Shown: piece by piece, positions 37,822 through 52,340 of the stretch | Position numbering within the stretch: position 1 is the stretch's first letter | Layout: every line of letters begins with the position of its first letter | Notes under the pieces: model-generated | The model's input: the letters and a program-made list of their open reading frames with translations, nothing else | Told to the model about the DNA's origin: nothing | Databases searched by the model: none | Made by a program: the position numbers and the translations under genes | NCBI GenBank assembly: GCA_051294905.1 | Contig: CM119371.1 | Span: forward strand, 24,616,001-24,680,000 | DNA from: Botryllus schlosseri | Lineage: Eukaryota | DNA length: 64,000 nucleotides | Reading direction: 5' to 3'

Positions 37822-37992
37822 ATTCCTACACTTGCGATTGATTGGTCAAATGTCACTGCAACTGATGATCATATATCAATTCTGTGCGACTTGATGACGG
37901 TTGTTGGGGAGAGGCTGGCTCTATTTAATTTGGAAATTGATGATAAAAGAAAACAAGGACTAAAAGATACACTTCACCTCGAAAACTCTAAG
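37822..37992 (+). CDS. Candidate internal exon (171 nt, phase 0-0) of the same LRR-type gene
   Basis: gttgattttag acceptor and GTCAGA donor. Open frame IPTLAIDWSNVTATDDHISILCDLMTVVGERLALFNLEIDDKRKQGLKDTLHLENSK, flanked by ~50-nt intron-like segments. Confidence 0.5.
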
Positions 37993-38041
37993 GTCAGATT
38001 CTGATTCTGTACCAAGTGTTTATTATTTTATTCACTGCTAG

Positions 38042-38188
38042 CTTACATTGGTAATCCCTCCACTTCTCGAATCGGCAGGCAGTACTCTCGTTACGCTCGC
38101 CGACGGAATTCTTTTGATTTACAAGCTGGAATCTATCGAGATTGCCCGCCTTGTCGCGCGTGTACCTGTACAAGTCGTTAGAACGTAG
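38042..38188 (+). CDS. Candidate terminal exon following 37822-37992
   Basis: 49-nt GT..AG intron (37993-38041), then phase-0 frame LTLVIPPLLESAG...VVRT ending in TAG. Confidence 0.3.
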   Translation, partial: LTLVIPPLLESAGSTLVTLADGILLIYKLESIEIARLVARVPVQVVRT

Positions 38189-38299
38189 TTTCGAAAATCT
38201 CTTCACCGCAGCTGTACTATCGTCGGTTTTCATCATTTAGTACTGATGAAATCATGGCAACGTTGTCCCAAACATAAAAGATATACGGAAACTATAAAT

Positions 38300-38680
38300 T
38301 GCTTAGTTTATGTATTTGTATCAGTTCTACTGTGGTTACTGCCCAGAAAAGTTCAATGACTGTCTTTACCTCGGTATCAAAAATGCATGAATACTACACA
38401 CGCGCGTCCTCGTCGTCCAAGCATCATATGATCGACGCGAAAGATGATAGCTCTATCAAATATGCCGGACTTAAGGTATGCAAGAGTAAGTCTCGCCGGC
38501 TATCCGTCAGTCGACAAGCATGTCAACATTCAAGTCGACACACAAGCAACTTCGGCTGAATGAATACTTGTCAACCCTCTACTTAACCGGTCCACGACCT
38601 GACATATCGATCTCGCCTACCGTCACCTGCCACCAAATTTTGTCGCCTGTCATTTATGTTAATTTGTTCACTTTTCATTC
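38300..38680 (+). mobile_element. Old 3' fragment of the CR1/L2-type LINE seen at 48297-49266
   Basis: Peptide YTRASSSSKHHMIDAKDDSSIKYAG matches YNTRASTSSKYHMIDRKDHRSIKYAG. Frameshifted. Confidence 0.8.
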
Positions 38681-41631
38681 AGTATGCATTATAGGGCTCT
38701 TCAAAAATGATTTTTTCTCAAATCGTACTGGCTATTTGATAAAATTGTTAGGTTACCTAATTTAAGCCTACACATCAAATTTGGTTCAATTCCAACCAGT
38801 AACCGCATTGATACGGGAGAAGAAAGTTTATATTTATTATATAAAAATAACTACCAAAAAATTTGAAAATTTTCTGTTCACCCCATGAAAGTGGTACGTT
38901 GTCTATAGAAACGATGTTCACAAAATTTGGTTCAATTCCAATCAGTAGAAGCGGAGTTATTGCCGTCGAAAAATTTGGATTTGAATAATATAGTATTTAC
39001 GGTGGTCAGCACTATATTAAATAATCAAAGAATTGGTCACCGTAAATACTATTTAATTCATAATCCAAGTTCCGTCTTTTAGAGGTAGATTTCCTTTACC
39101 AGCGTCGACACAACCAATTTGCACGCCTGATTGCGCTCGATCATAAATCCCTCTCCATTATTTTCACCAAAGGGAATTCGTGCAAATATTTGGGCTGGCT
39201 TGCCAAACGCGAAATTTGATAAAAACTGGGTCAATAAAAAGATACTGCGGTTCATATTGCGTAAATGAATACTGTCCATTGCTCATAAACCTCTGAACCT
39301 TCAAAATCATTGTGACGGATGTGACATTGTAACGAAATAATAACATGGGCTTTTTGCCTGCCTGGGGAAAAGCGATGCGGCCGCTTCGAATTGTAATCAC
39401 GCCTCGGAGAAACATTGCACCATTGATTACGACTGTTTATACATTATATCGCTTCTATATAGGCGTTAAGTCCAGAGGCGATGCTGATTTCGTAGCTCGA
39501 GTGGAAAAATTACTTCCCTTGACTAACAAGGATTGCACTTGGTCCGCGATAGGAATTACCGCGAATTCTTCAGCTTTCCCGGCAATTTATTGTGATCGTT
39601 CATTCTAGATATTTATAACATTCTTAGGTTATTATGTCGATTGACTTGGCTTCGAAATAAAGCAGGAATTACTGATGATTAATGACGAATATGAGATGTA
39701 CCGGTAGCGCATTGCTCATTGCCGTGACACCGATAAAACCATTATCTCTTGCAGGAGACGCAGTAATTCTGTCACAATACAAAATTAGAAAATTTCTTTT
39801 CCTGAACGACGTGCACAATAAAATTTATAATTCTGTAATTAGTAACGCATTAGCTTCTGATTCGTAAGGGTTTTTATCAAATTTCGCGGTCGTGAAGCCG
39901 AATAAAATTTTGTGATGAATTGTCTTCGGTCAAAGAGAGAAAGTATTGTGAGCCTGGTGATTGGCTGGTGTCTCCTGTCTACGCCGGTGTATGACACCAT
40001 GGTAAGGTCCTTTCTATAACTCCACTTAATTTAGCAGTGTTTTAACGCTTCGTTTCGGCCCATAAGTGATATTAGGATTAGATGTTGAGAATCATACCGT
40101 TTCGTGATAATTTCAAGATCGGAGATCTCCGAGAAGCTAGTATGTTCCACGGAACACTGAGGGATACGCGAGCAATTTTCGGAAGTTCCGTAGAGATCAA
40201 GAGTCAGACTCAAATAATACATATAATTTGTGATGATCATTGGTTGCTGGTAATTAGGCCGATCAGTAGTCGAATTGCGAATGTTGTGGTTTTCGGATAC
40301 GTCGTGTGAAGTGGTGTACGCAAATAAGGTTGGGGGTCAAAATCGATTCCTCGTCCTAATGAAAAGTCAATTCTCTCCCAAATATTGACAATCTCACTTG
40401 CAATTAGGAAATTGGTGTCAAGCCATGGCGTTTCGACTGAACATGACACCTTTCAAGATTATCGTTTTGTGTGAAAATTATATCTTAACCAGATACACAC
40501 CGAACTCGCCATATCTTTCGACTACCGGGCACCGTGGAGTACCGTCCCATTTAAGCAGAATCAGTTGCTCGGACTATCCGATTTGCGACGAATGCAGCGT
40601 ATAATCGACACAGATAAGCGCTTAGTTGAAAAGTCGCATTAAATATGACTTCCATTGATATTTCTGAATCAAATTTATTGGAATGAGCTACCTGTCCCTT
40701 AAACCCTACGCGGCTTATACTTCCGTTATAGGAAATGTCCACCGCAGTTGCTCAGATCGAAATAAGTTCATTTATTTACCGATTGATTTAAAATACGTCA
40801 ATTCCGTGGGGCAAAATGGCATAAATGACGATAAGCACCAGTTCAGTTTCCAATAATATTATTACCTATAATATTTATTGGATTTCTTCTCTTAACACTC
40901 TTGCGATGTTCGTGCTATTTGTGCAGCATTAATATATAGTAATATAGGCCAATTCGATGAGTTGTTTTGCATGTGTATTGTGATAGATTTTTGTATTTAT
41001 GACTCAGCAAAATATGGGAGTGCGCGGGGGCTTGAAGTGTAGGTATTCCGCGGGAAAGTAAGGGTTCAGATCCACTGAGCTAGAAATATATCGTAATCCA
41101 TCAATAATATTGTGCAAATTCATCGCTTCCATGCTCAAATTCGATGAGTGAAAACTAGTTTACTATCCACGCTGTTGATATAATTAATTTGATGTCATAT
41201 CGATTCTACAGAATCACCAATATTACTGCCATTTGTATATGAACAATCTGCATTTATCTTCACGTGCAGCAGCAGCATGTATACAATTTGCTATTACCCG
41301 CGTCAATGCTGTTGCTTGGCGGAATGGTCTGATGCTGTTGTATGTGACAGCAATTTCACCACAGTACGCTTTCGATTCGGCCAATACCATTGCTGAAATG
41401 TTTAGTTTAGGAATGGTGATTGCATATCCCGTGTCAATGTTCCGACATTACGTACTTTTTGATCAGCGTTCTTCACTGTACTCAATCGTGTCCTTTTGAT
41501 ATTACAGGCACAAAATTATGTATGATCACTGATAACTCCATGTATCCGCCAAAGCCTCGAGAACACATTCCGGAATTGCTTTTCTGTGCATTATATATTC
41601 CTTGATGGGAGCTTTTTTCGTGTGTTTCTAC

Positions 41632-42482
41632 TAGGGATGTAGTGAACCTCTGAAAGGTTCTGGTTCGTGTGAACGCGAACCTTTTTGAAAGGTTCTGTGT
41701 GAACACGAACGTGAACCTCATGACGTCACATGACGTCATAATGCTAATTCAAACCCTATCTTTCAATGAAGTGATAGCCTATATTAATGTACGCGATACC
41801 TAGCGACAACTCGGGCCACATAATGCCACCATGCCGAAATACATATTGGCGTCTTAAACGTCGCTAAATGTATCAACTGAGCCAAAAAGGACATAATACT
41901 CCCTTTAAAATCAATATCTTTCGTCGCTTTGCCAACAATTTCGACCCCATTAACGAGTTATATAGCAGTAGCCAACACCTCAATCGCACGGATTAGGTTA
42001 TAATGATCCAGTAAAGATTGACCCCGTACGCCTGCTAGACGTTTTGCATCAGAAAACGATATCAATCTCATTGGTTGGTTGAACATTGAACAAGAATCAT
42101 TCGCTGACTACGTATTTCGCTCGCGATGTTGGGTGATTGCGGGTCAAACTCACAGCAGAGAGTCACTAAATATTTACAAATGGAAAGCTGGATATTCCGA
42201 GCAAACTTTTGTAACAAAGTAAGTAAAACTTTTGAGATTGTCAAGGTGCATGCTCGTTTAGTGTTGATTTATAATGCTGCCAGCGCCATGCAGAGAGTGG
42301 CTCACAATTGAAATGCAATAAATTTGAACCAAAGAAAGATGTTATATGAAGTGAAAATTGTAATATATGAAAAAGGTTCACAGTGCAGAACCTACCAAGG
42401 TTCTGTTGTGAACGCGAACCTCTAAATTTCCGAGGTTCACACACAGAACGCGAACGTGAACCTCACGTTCACACCATCCCTA
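41632..42482. mobile_element. hAT-type MITE with GTGAAC/GAACC arrays
   Basis: TIRs TAGGGATGTAGTGAAC / GTTCACACCATCCCTA. Perfect 8-bp TSD GTTTCTAC at 41624-41631 and 42483-42490. Confidence 0.9.
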
Positions 42483-43753
42483 GTTTCTACAGATACGAGA
42501 TATACAATTTCCGGACGGAAGTATCCATGACAAACGTGTGTCAGCGAGGAGATGAATTCGCGAATCTTGTGATATCAAGAGGAAAGGAAACACGAACTAC
42601 AAATAATCCATGGAAGCTACGAAGCCAAATGAACATATTCGACGGAATTTTCAAAATTAGCATACTTACAAATTGCGAGAAACGAAATGCAGCGAAGTCA
42701 TTTCTAATATCGAGAACGGCAGATGTATTGCTGTTTGCAGTAGTTTACGTTTACCTTCAACATTCCGTAAATTAAAATTAATCAATGTTCATCAATACTA
42801 TTTTCGAAAATGTTACTTCAGATGAAATCTAACTTACTTCCCACATACTTATTTGCTGGTGACGAATCGTTCAGAAACAACATACGAGAATGCAGATGTA
42901 AGAAGTTACCATAGGAGATGAAGAATGAAATTATGATCAACACAACTTTAACGTTACAGATTAATTAATTCAATTCATAACGTGACAAGCGTATAATTTC
43001 TTTGAGGAAACTTACGTGTCTGACATTGCTCCAGGATTTCCTTTCGCATCGTAAATTACTAATCTCTATAATCACGGTCATCGCCAGTGTAGTCAAAAAT
43101 GAGCGTTTGTGTGGCTTTTATCCGTATGTTGGAGTACTATTTTAAAAATTATTTCGGTATTTAATCTATATTCTGGAATCGCTATCTCAATCTTTTAGTT
43201 TATATACATGTAAATTTGGAAAAATGCATCTGTCATCGCCACATATAATAATATTTTATAATGTTTGAATATAATCACGTGTGTTGTAAGCAAAACTATA
43301 TCGCAAATTGGTGAAATCCTTTATTTGATGAACGATAAATACTAAAAACGGAAATAAAAAATATGCGTTTACGTAGTGAGTTTGAAAATCTGTATATAGA
43401 TGTGCAGTACAACCGTTTTATTAATCGGCGTGTATTAATCAATAAATCTTTAATCACCATCGCACTGAATCTTACAATTAGATCTAATGGATCTGGGTTA
43501 GGCATACAACTATAAGGCGTATATTTACTTCGATGTGGAAGTACAGGAAAACCAGAAATATCAACAAGTATCTCCGAAATGTTATAAGTAGAAACCTCAA
43601 TGTGGGTTTGCCGGGTTTTTACTTTCAAACATATTAAACAGTTAAATAAAGGCGACAGTAGCGTTCCAGTCACATATCATATATCAATGGGGTGGCCGAA
43701 CTGCAGCTCCCGAAATTGACGCGGCTGATTGGAGCCTTTCATTGCGAGTATTG

Positions 43754-44592
43754 TTGGGTTACCATATTTCTGTGACCCAGATTACGGACACTCTTTAGCG
43801 CCCACTAGTGGATTTCAAAATGATCACATTGTTTGTCAATATGACGTCACAATAGCAAAGCTTTACTTTTAGACCAAAGATGTCACGATCCGGTTCAGGA
43901 GTATATGACTGTGTGTTGTGTAACCGGGACCGAAACCATATTGTTTCAAACCATTCTTGCCAAAATAAACAATAATTTTTGGCCCACCATAGGATAATTG
44001 ATTCAATTTCTGGGGGGCTTGCTATATGCCTCTGGTAATTAAATTTTTTAAAAGAATTCTGTCAATAATACTGGTTATTTCATATATTACTATATAGTTT
44101 GATCATCTCTCTCTGCCCACGTGATCATAGTTAGCAGTAGAGCTGGTGAAGGATGACGACTTCGGAAATACATTGAGCGTAATTGTACATGTACAATATA
44201 CGTGTCTGTTCATGTCACAACGATAAGATTGTTTATCAGCCTTATGCCAATGCGCACCACGGAGCTTTATTAACACCCATATCCAGTGGTTTCAAACCTT
44301 TTATGGTCGCGACTCCATGTCCAATTTGAAAATGTTCAGTGGCGAGGATCAAAATTTGACAAGCTCATCAGTAAAATAAGTCAGAATCTTTGCCCAGACT
44401 TTTTCACGGCCTATTTTGGAAGCTGATTACGTTCAACATATTCGCGAACACCAGAATAAAGGCAAACAACCTCCGCGTTTTGAACCACTGTCTTTTATTA
44501 AAGCATTTAAACGGCCTGAAACATTTCTAGGAATATACCGTACTCCTATAATTGCGATTACAATTAGGCTTATTTCAGTAAATGAAGGTTGT
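43754..44592 (-). mobile_element. Truncated inverted sibling of the 27338-28894 element
   Basis: Begins TTGGGTTACCATATTTCTGTGAC and is collinear in reverse with ~27620-28894, lacking the nested 28239-28665 MITE. Confidence 0.85.
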
Positions 44593-47500
44593 GAACTGCA
44601 ACCAAAACTTATTTCCCATCCATGCGTGACTATAAGACGAGTGAGTAACTTATAATGATCTCATCGCTACAACCTATACTGCATTAAAATTGTCATTATT
44701 ACTGAATATAACTGTCTGTCTCATCGTGTAACCGAGCCTTTAGACTGCAACCGATATCGTGTTGTCAACCCATACGGCGCTAGGCGATGATATAGCACCC
44801 CGAGTAGCGAAGCTTTTCGTTGTCTCTACTGTTGCAGGATTTTAGTCACTAGAGGGCAGCAATTTCCGAAGCGTCAATATGCAACTGTATATAGCAGTGG
44901 TTCTTAACCTTTTGTTCCTCCAGCGCCTGTCTGGCTCTAGCGCCCCCCCCCCCATATTGCAAGGGTTGTAATAAAGACAATGGGTAATAGGAAGGGCCGT
45001 AACAGCACGCCATCAGTCCCCCTAAAACCGATTGTCTTGTGCCCATAGCGTGATAAACCAAACTTCTAGGGGCTTCGCGGCCAAGAACCCCGTCGCGTTA
45101 TTTCGATGATCAGAAAAGTTTGTGTGGCCTGGTTGCCTTAGGCGGAAAATTAGGGAATTATTCCCGTATTGCGTAATTTTCTTGCTGTGTGCCGGAAAAT
45201 ATGGAATTTTGGGCGGTTTCGTCAGGCCGTTAAATGGCGAAGTAACAAATTTGACAGCTCTGCAGGAACTAGGTTATTCAACAGACCCTTTGTAGTATCT
45301 CATACCCTAATAATTCAACAAAAATTATAAATGCCACTTTTTGACCGGACGTGACTATTGATTTTAAGTCAAAATATAAAATCGACATTTCGACAACCAA
45401 AGCGGACAGTGACAAGACTGGTACCGCTCCAACGTTGGTCTGTCCATGGTCGAAGCCAATATAAATAATATACATATGTAACGGCTACGCCCTATATCTT
45501 AGCTCAACTTTGCAATTGTGATGCTTCGGAAAATGCATTCTATTCGGATTTTCCGGATTCAGGACGAGATTGTTCGGATTCGGACGGATAGCTCCTCAAA
45601 GACTCGAGCTGTCTGATGGATTCGGATTCTCAGGAATCGATATCCGCTCATCACTGCTATATAAGCGATAGTATTTTCCGGAATATTAGTGTATTTTACT
45701 TTGGCAAAACGTGATACCAGTGCGGTAATAGTCGGACTCAGACTGCTTCTTGATGGTATCCATTATTGGAGATTGTTTGTGAACGCCTTCCCCTCTACAT
45801 TACGCTGACAAGATCATTGGGTCTACGGGTTTATGGCTGACTTGGTGCTAAGTGCAAAAGTTATTCGATTCAACTCATTTGACAATCCCAACACTTCAAC
45901 ATACCACAAGTGTGCGATACAATGAAAGATAAGCCGGTGTCGAACCGACTAGGGGTAGTCTTCGAAATCAGACACCGACCTGTCATAGGCGATGTGAAAG
46001 GGAGGCATGTACACAATTGAATAATATAATATGAATATACTATTAATTGTATATTGTAGCTCTGTACCTCCGAGAGTCTTTCCAAATAGTAATCTTAAAA
46101 GTGTAGTTCTTAATTGTAAGAGGTTATATGATAGGCAGTGGCTACTCGTCCGGTACCGGACGAATAATTTCCTCAGGCTATTCGTCCGGCACCATGTGAC
46201 GTAGGCCCGTTACTATGGAGACTGTATGCGTTTTTGACAGGCTTCGGTTTTGTACATTATTTATTCGCATTTCTGGTTACTGTTACGTATGCTCATAATT
46301 ATAGCTCCGAGGGAAAGTTTACGCCATACTAATAATTGCAAATTGCTGTCGTGAAAGTACCAGAACTTGACGCCCACCTTTACCTTTACAAGATATGTTC
46401 ACCTACGCTTAATATAGTAAGAACAAGTAGGATACTGATTTGTATGCTCATAATTGGAGCTCCGAGGGAATGTTTGCGCCATACGAAGAGTTCCAAAGTG
46501 CTATCGATAAATAACCGGATGCTGTCAGAACACGAACGATTCGCTGAAATTCTTGCTGCCTCCACCTATTTCTGAACTCATGCAAGTGTCGTTGACCTAA
46601 CCAATTGTACGTGAACTTGTACAGCTAAGACGGAATTGTCACCTCTGCTGTACTACGAGTACTCATACTTGGAGACGGACTCTCAGCATTCCCGTGGCCA
46701 CTTACTGGCCACGGATAATTTCGTGACCGGCCACAGATATTCCGTGGCCGGCCATGAAAAGTGCTATTCTGTGGCCGGCCATGGTGATTTTCATGGCCGG
46801 CCATGAAATTTCGGTATGGCCGGCCATAAAATTTCCATGGCCGGCCATGTCAAACTCATTCTCATGGCCGGCCATGACTAAATTTCATGGCCGGCCATAG
46901 CCAAATTTCATGGCCGGCTGCAATATATCAAGTTAGTATCCATGATAAGTATTGTATGTGGCCGAATCGTGGTCAAATCCGTGATCAATTATGTTATATT
47001 ATGGGCGTACAGTAAATAGAACTAGGTGAGAGCGAGAGTTTAGCTCGGTTTATATGCATTTTCGCCCGAAATACCGGAAGAATAGCGATACAATGAAACG
47101 ATAGAAAGAAGATGAAACGATCTGGAATAGTCTCAATATATCAATTAAAAACACAAAAAATGATGTAAAGAATGCATTAAAAAGGGGGATATCCGCTAAA
47201 TGAAACAGGAAATAATGGTATAGAAAGCTAGAAGCGATGAAGACACCAAAACTGGTAACTGGTAAGTGTTGATTTGTATCTTTTTTATAGAAATAGACCT
47301 AAATATTCGGCTGACACTCGTCGCAGCTAATCGTATGCAACTGCATAGAATCGGAAAAACAATGTATACCAGATATCTGTCAGAAAATCTCTATAAGTTC
47401 CCCAAAAGCTGTGAGATCCACATGACATTCTGTGGCCGGCCACAGAACAGATCAGAGCTCGCTGTGGCCGGTGCTTCCCCCGTCCTGATATTGATTTTCA

Positions 47501-48037
47501 ACCTGTGCAATGTGCCTTGTGCAGTTGCAATCGATTGTATAGTTAGTTTTATTTTGTAAATATGCAAACCTACGGATAAACAATATGATGATGATAATCT
47601 CCTTCATTTTTCAACCATGTTTATCGTTTATGATGAATCTGCGATGCGAATAAATAATACATATATATTTGATCATGTAGTTTAAGGATGTAGGGGCAGT
47701 TTAAAATCTTTCATGGATTGTCCAGATGAAGTTATCAATAATACAATACTGTACTGGAAATTTGTCTTTAATCCACTGCAGATTTTTTTCGATTTACGCT
47801 TAAGTAGACTCGACTATATACCTCCTTGAATGCATAATCTGTTTCATCGAGATACGGGATCGGTCAATATGCGGCAATTTTACCTGTTTTCTTGTTTTCA
47901 ATACTAAATACCGTAATCAAAGTACCCGAACGAAACAATTAGGGAATCAAAGAACCAAGAATATGTGGAAAATACTCTTTCAAGTTCTAGTAAAGCTGTG
48001 AAATTCACATAACATTCTGTGGCCGGCCACAGAGCAG

Positions 48038-49413
48038 CAGAGATGAGCGGATTTGAAATTTCTATGTCCTAATCCAATCCAAATCCGAACCTTCAAATCC
48101 AAATCCAAATCCTAATCCATAACTTTTTCATATTCAAGTCCATGTCCAATCCTAATCCGATTCCAACTGGAAATTCAGAAAAAAAACTAATTTATGCAAT
48201 GGAGGGATTCGAAAATTTTCTTTTACAACCAACGATTCACTTGATTCAGGATAACCTAGTAACCATAAGTACATTAATAACCGATTTGAATAAAGTTTGT
48301 CGCCATTCGCCACCCGACATAACCTAACCGTTAATATCGCTGGTCAGCCCGTTTCCAACACAGATAATGCCAAATATCTCGGAGTTTTACTGGACTCGAA
48401 CATGTCCTGGAAGAGTCATATTCAGTCCCTAGAAACTAAATTATCACCGAAGTGCGGCCTGTTCTACAGCCTTGGGCGCTTCATGCCAGCATGGGTTCTC
48501 CTGATACTCTTTAAATCCTTAATCCAATCGAAGTTACATTATGGCATCCTCTGTTGGGGGGCTGCCAGTAAAACTGCACTCAAGCCACTGCAGAAACTAC
48601 AGCATAAAGTGCTCCGAATCATAGCTAGGGCCCCAAAGGGGCCTGGCTGCCAATCCAATAAGTCGCTGCTGAAGAGATTCGGCGTCCTAAACATAGAAGA
48701 TATGCGGAAACTAGAAATCGCCAAGTTTATGTATCAGTTTCACTGCGGTCGTTGCCCCGAATATTTCAATGACTTCTTTACCTCTGAATCAAAAGCGCAC
48801 AAGTACAACACACGCGCGTCCACGTCGTCCAAATATCATATGATCGACCGAAAAGATCATCGCTCCATCAAATATGCCGGACCTGATGTGTGGAACAGTA
48901 TCCCGCCGGCCATCCGACAGTCGACGAGCATGTCCACATTCAAGTCGAAATACAAGCAATTAGGCCTACTACTAAATAAATACAGTCCATCCTCAAGATT
49001 ACCGGACCACGACTGACCTATCGATCTCGCTTCCCATGACATGCCGCCCTATTTCTTGTCGCTTTCTTTTTCTATACTGTATTCTTTACTTTCATTCAGT
49101 GTGCATGCCTCCTCTTTACTACGCCTAGGCCAAGGTGGGTGTCCGATTCCATTGACAAATCCAAGTCGCTTCGACATCTTCCTGTCTATTCATTGTATCG
49201 CATTTTTTGTGGTGTATTGAACTGATAAAATTGCTAATAAACCAATGATGATGATGATGATGATGACATTTCAATCTCCCAGAAAATAGATAAATCCAAT
49301 CCAAATCCTAATCCGTTCTGAAAAAAATTTCTAATCCAAATCCAATCCAAATCCGACAAAATTTCACAAATCCTGTTTTTTCAAAACCTAATCCTAATCC
49401 ATGCTCATCTCTG
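48038..49413. mobile_element. hAT-type MITE with AATCC arrays, carrying a LINE insertion
   Basis: TIRs CAGAGATGAGC / GCTCATCTCTG. Perfect 8-bp TSD CAGAGCAG at 48030-48037 and 49414-49421. An uninterrupted paralogous site lies at ~47405-47490. Confidence 0.9.
48297..49266 (+). mobile_element. 5'-truncated CR1/L2-group LINE (ORF2 C-terminus, 3' UTR, microsatellite tail)
   Basis: ORF 48297-49016 with KYLGVLLDSNMSWKSHI..LFKSLIQSKLHYGILCWG..LQKLQHKVLRII..WNSIP. AATAAA at 49236, then (ATG)7 at 49245-49265. Confidence 0.9.
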
Positions 49414-52340
49414 CAGAGCAGCTCGCAGCTCGCTGTGGCCGGTGCTTCCCCCGATCTGATATGTCTTTCCAACGGTATAGGACAGTGGTTCCCAACCTTT
49501 TTGTCTTCATTCCCCACTTCGGATTTATTCCGAGCCTTCATTCCCCACCAGGACCGTAACGGCAATTTGTTAGTCCCGTCAAAAAAACGTTGGTCTTGGG
49601 CCCCAGAACCATCTCAACCCCGCTGAGCCTGTACGCTTTTTCCCTGCAACTTATATCAACTACATTGGGTCTACTGTTTAGCGCGTCGCCTTATTTCGAC
49701 CAAACGTGCGAAGCGCGAAAAATTTTCATAATTCGTGTTTGAATCGGCCAATATGATCGGGAATTGCATATATTTTGGTATCAATATTTTATCCCCTCTC
49801 TGCTCACGTAATCAGATTTATCGGTAGAGCTGAGTGAGGTGTGCTGGAAAAGGTAGGACCACTCAATAAGAATTGAACATCTTCGGGCGGACCCGTTTGC
49901 ATATTGAATTCGCTACAGTATGCTATTTCGTGACCTCCTATATCTGCTATGTCAAAAGATATGGAAATCGCCAAAACTAAAAGGCACACACGATTTCAAA
50001 TTGGTATTGCCTTACTGGCAAATAATTTTTGGAAAAGTGGCATAAATTTAAAAAATATCTCAATTTATGTTAATTCACGAAATAATTTTGGGCCAATTCG
50101 AGCTCGCCCCCCCCCCCCCCAATTGGGGAGGTTCAGGGTGCGGCAGTTACGGTCCTGTTCCCCACTACCCAGCGCTCTTGTCGTCATAGAGCAGCTGTTT
50201 GCTGGTTTGAGTAGACAAGACACACGACCACACAAGTACGCAAAATCGCCTGTAACTGCAATATAAAGCGTATTGTGAACCAATACCAGTAATGCTCAAA
50301 TTTTCGCGAAAGCGTTATTTCACGTCAAACTAGTCATGCTGGATGCGTTTGTGACGCCATGATTGGCCATCCGGAGTTGAAAATGAGGTTTTGTGAACAA
50401 CACGCAATATAATTTTCGATGCAAACATTCCAGAGCAGTTAACTATAACGGTAATTGCGCATGTGTCTCCGTGAATATGTGGACTGTCCTGTATATAATT
50501 TTGGACAAATGCGTCTATTCCCCACCAGAAACCATTGAATTCCCCACCAGTGGGGAATTCCCCACCGTTTGGGAACCACTGGTATAGGACATGTAGTTGC
50601 AAATAATTCCATAGTTTGTTATCTTTCGTATAGCTGAATAGCTGTGAATTGGATAATCCCAGGCTGATACAATCCTTCCTTTCTGTATCAGGTCTATGAT
50701 GAGTCCGCGACATACGGTTATATACATATTTGATTATCGTACTGCTAAACAATACATACGACGTTCGAGATCCTCAACATCAATGGAGCTTGCACTCATT
50801 TGCACGATGAAAATTGTGTCGATGAATCTATAAATATTTCAATGCTGTAGCAGCACGTCAACTTGTCACACTGCAGATGGGCTGTGTATGTAGAATAAAG
50901 GCAACGTTGTAGCCTAACCTACCGGTAATATTGGTAAAATGTGGGGCTTTGTTCCCAGAAATTTGATTTTGGTCACGTTTCCGATCCGATCCGATCTAGA
51001 TTCTAGGAAGTTCAAGGAAAGTATGTTTCGGTGTTAGTTTACAACGCACCGTCCCAGAGTACTTTTTCAATAGTCAGTGGGAATTAAATTCATTTCTACA
51101 GCGAACACAGAAGGTAACACGTGTAAAGCCGTGCAAATTTTGAACCCATCCCTAAACTACTCAATAAAGTGGTAATATAACTTAGGTAGCCTACGTGCGA
51201 TAATATAGTGGAAGTCGTCTATACAAACCTTGCCACCAGCAAGTTCGTATTGCAAATGAAGAAGATCTACTTGAATATTGTCAAATTGGATGCAAAGGGC
51301 GGATTTTGATCCAACTAGATGCGCCAAAATCACGAACTGGCCATGAACTCGTGGCCGGCCACGATGAACTGTTATGGCCGGCCTTATGACAACGCATTTT
51401 CATGGCCGGCCACGAGATATTCGTGGCCGGCCACAAAAAAATCTGAGGCCAGTAAGTGGCCACGGGAAAGCTGAGACCCCTACTGCATACTTGATGTTGC
51501 TGCGCAGTAATGATTGGAATACCAACTGAGAGAGACTGTGCGTCTTCATTTTCATACAACAGAAATACAGAACAAATGGACAGCAGCAATGATCAGATCA
51601 TACAGAAAACATGTGCATGCACAGTATTTGGTGTCGGATAGGAGAGATCTATACAACCTTGGAAGTCAAGTGGTCTGATAAAACCCGCATGAAACAAGTA
51701 TATGCCTACATTGTCTCTGCATCATCCGTCTGTAACGAATTGTAGTTGAAAAGATGAAGAAAAATTAAATGATAGCAAATGAATGAATGAAGCAATGTCT
51801 GGGCGAAGTAGGGCAACAGTGTTAATACGACTATCAGAGGTAATCAGGTATGGCAAGAGTGTTATTACGGCGACAAGAGGTAATGAGGTATTTTTTTTTA
51901 TAATCTGCCATACAGCAATTCACAGATGGTAATCCATTCAAATGATAGGTCAGTCGATAGATCTCTTGGTTAGGTAGCTATTAAATGGTCCCAAGTAGAT
52001 ATTTCCCTTCGACGAGGGTCTTGTATTAAGGGAGTGAACAACTTAAGCAGGTATGAAAAAGTCATCGAACACATACGACAAACTGTTCGAAAAATATTTG
52101 CGTATAACTTTCAATGTATATATGATCATTGGGTGTTAATCTGGTATGCATGCTGGCATTTCCGCACATTCCATATTGCAAGTGACAGTAAATGCTGTGC
52201 ATACAATTTGCTGCTTCCAAGATAGTTAAGCATTGATAGCGTGTTTTCACTGGGAACATCAATCATGAAAACTAACATTGAAGTAGGCCTACTTTCAATG
52301 TCAAAGTTGCTGCTACATATTTTTCTAACAGAGGCATCTA

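Larger units (their letters stand above)
46679..51479. mobile_element. TIR element with (CAT/GT)GGCCGGCC(AT/AC) arrays, nested in the MULE
   Basis: ~30-bp TIRs TCTCAGCATTCCCGTGGCCACTTACTGGCC / GGCCAGTAAGTGGCCACGGGAAAGCTGAGA. About 9 GGCCGGCC units at the left end and 4 at the right. The TSD is not clean. Confidence 0.75.

Noticed and set aside
39079..40742. Long decayed coding region
   Set aside because: There are many 60-90 aa ORFs on both strands but no recognisable motif or consistent frame.
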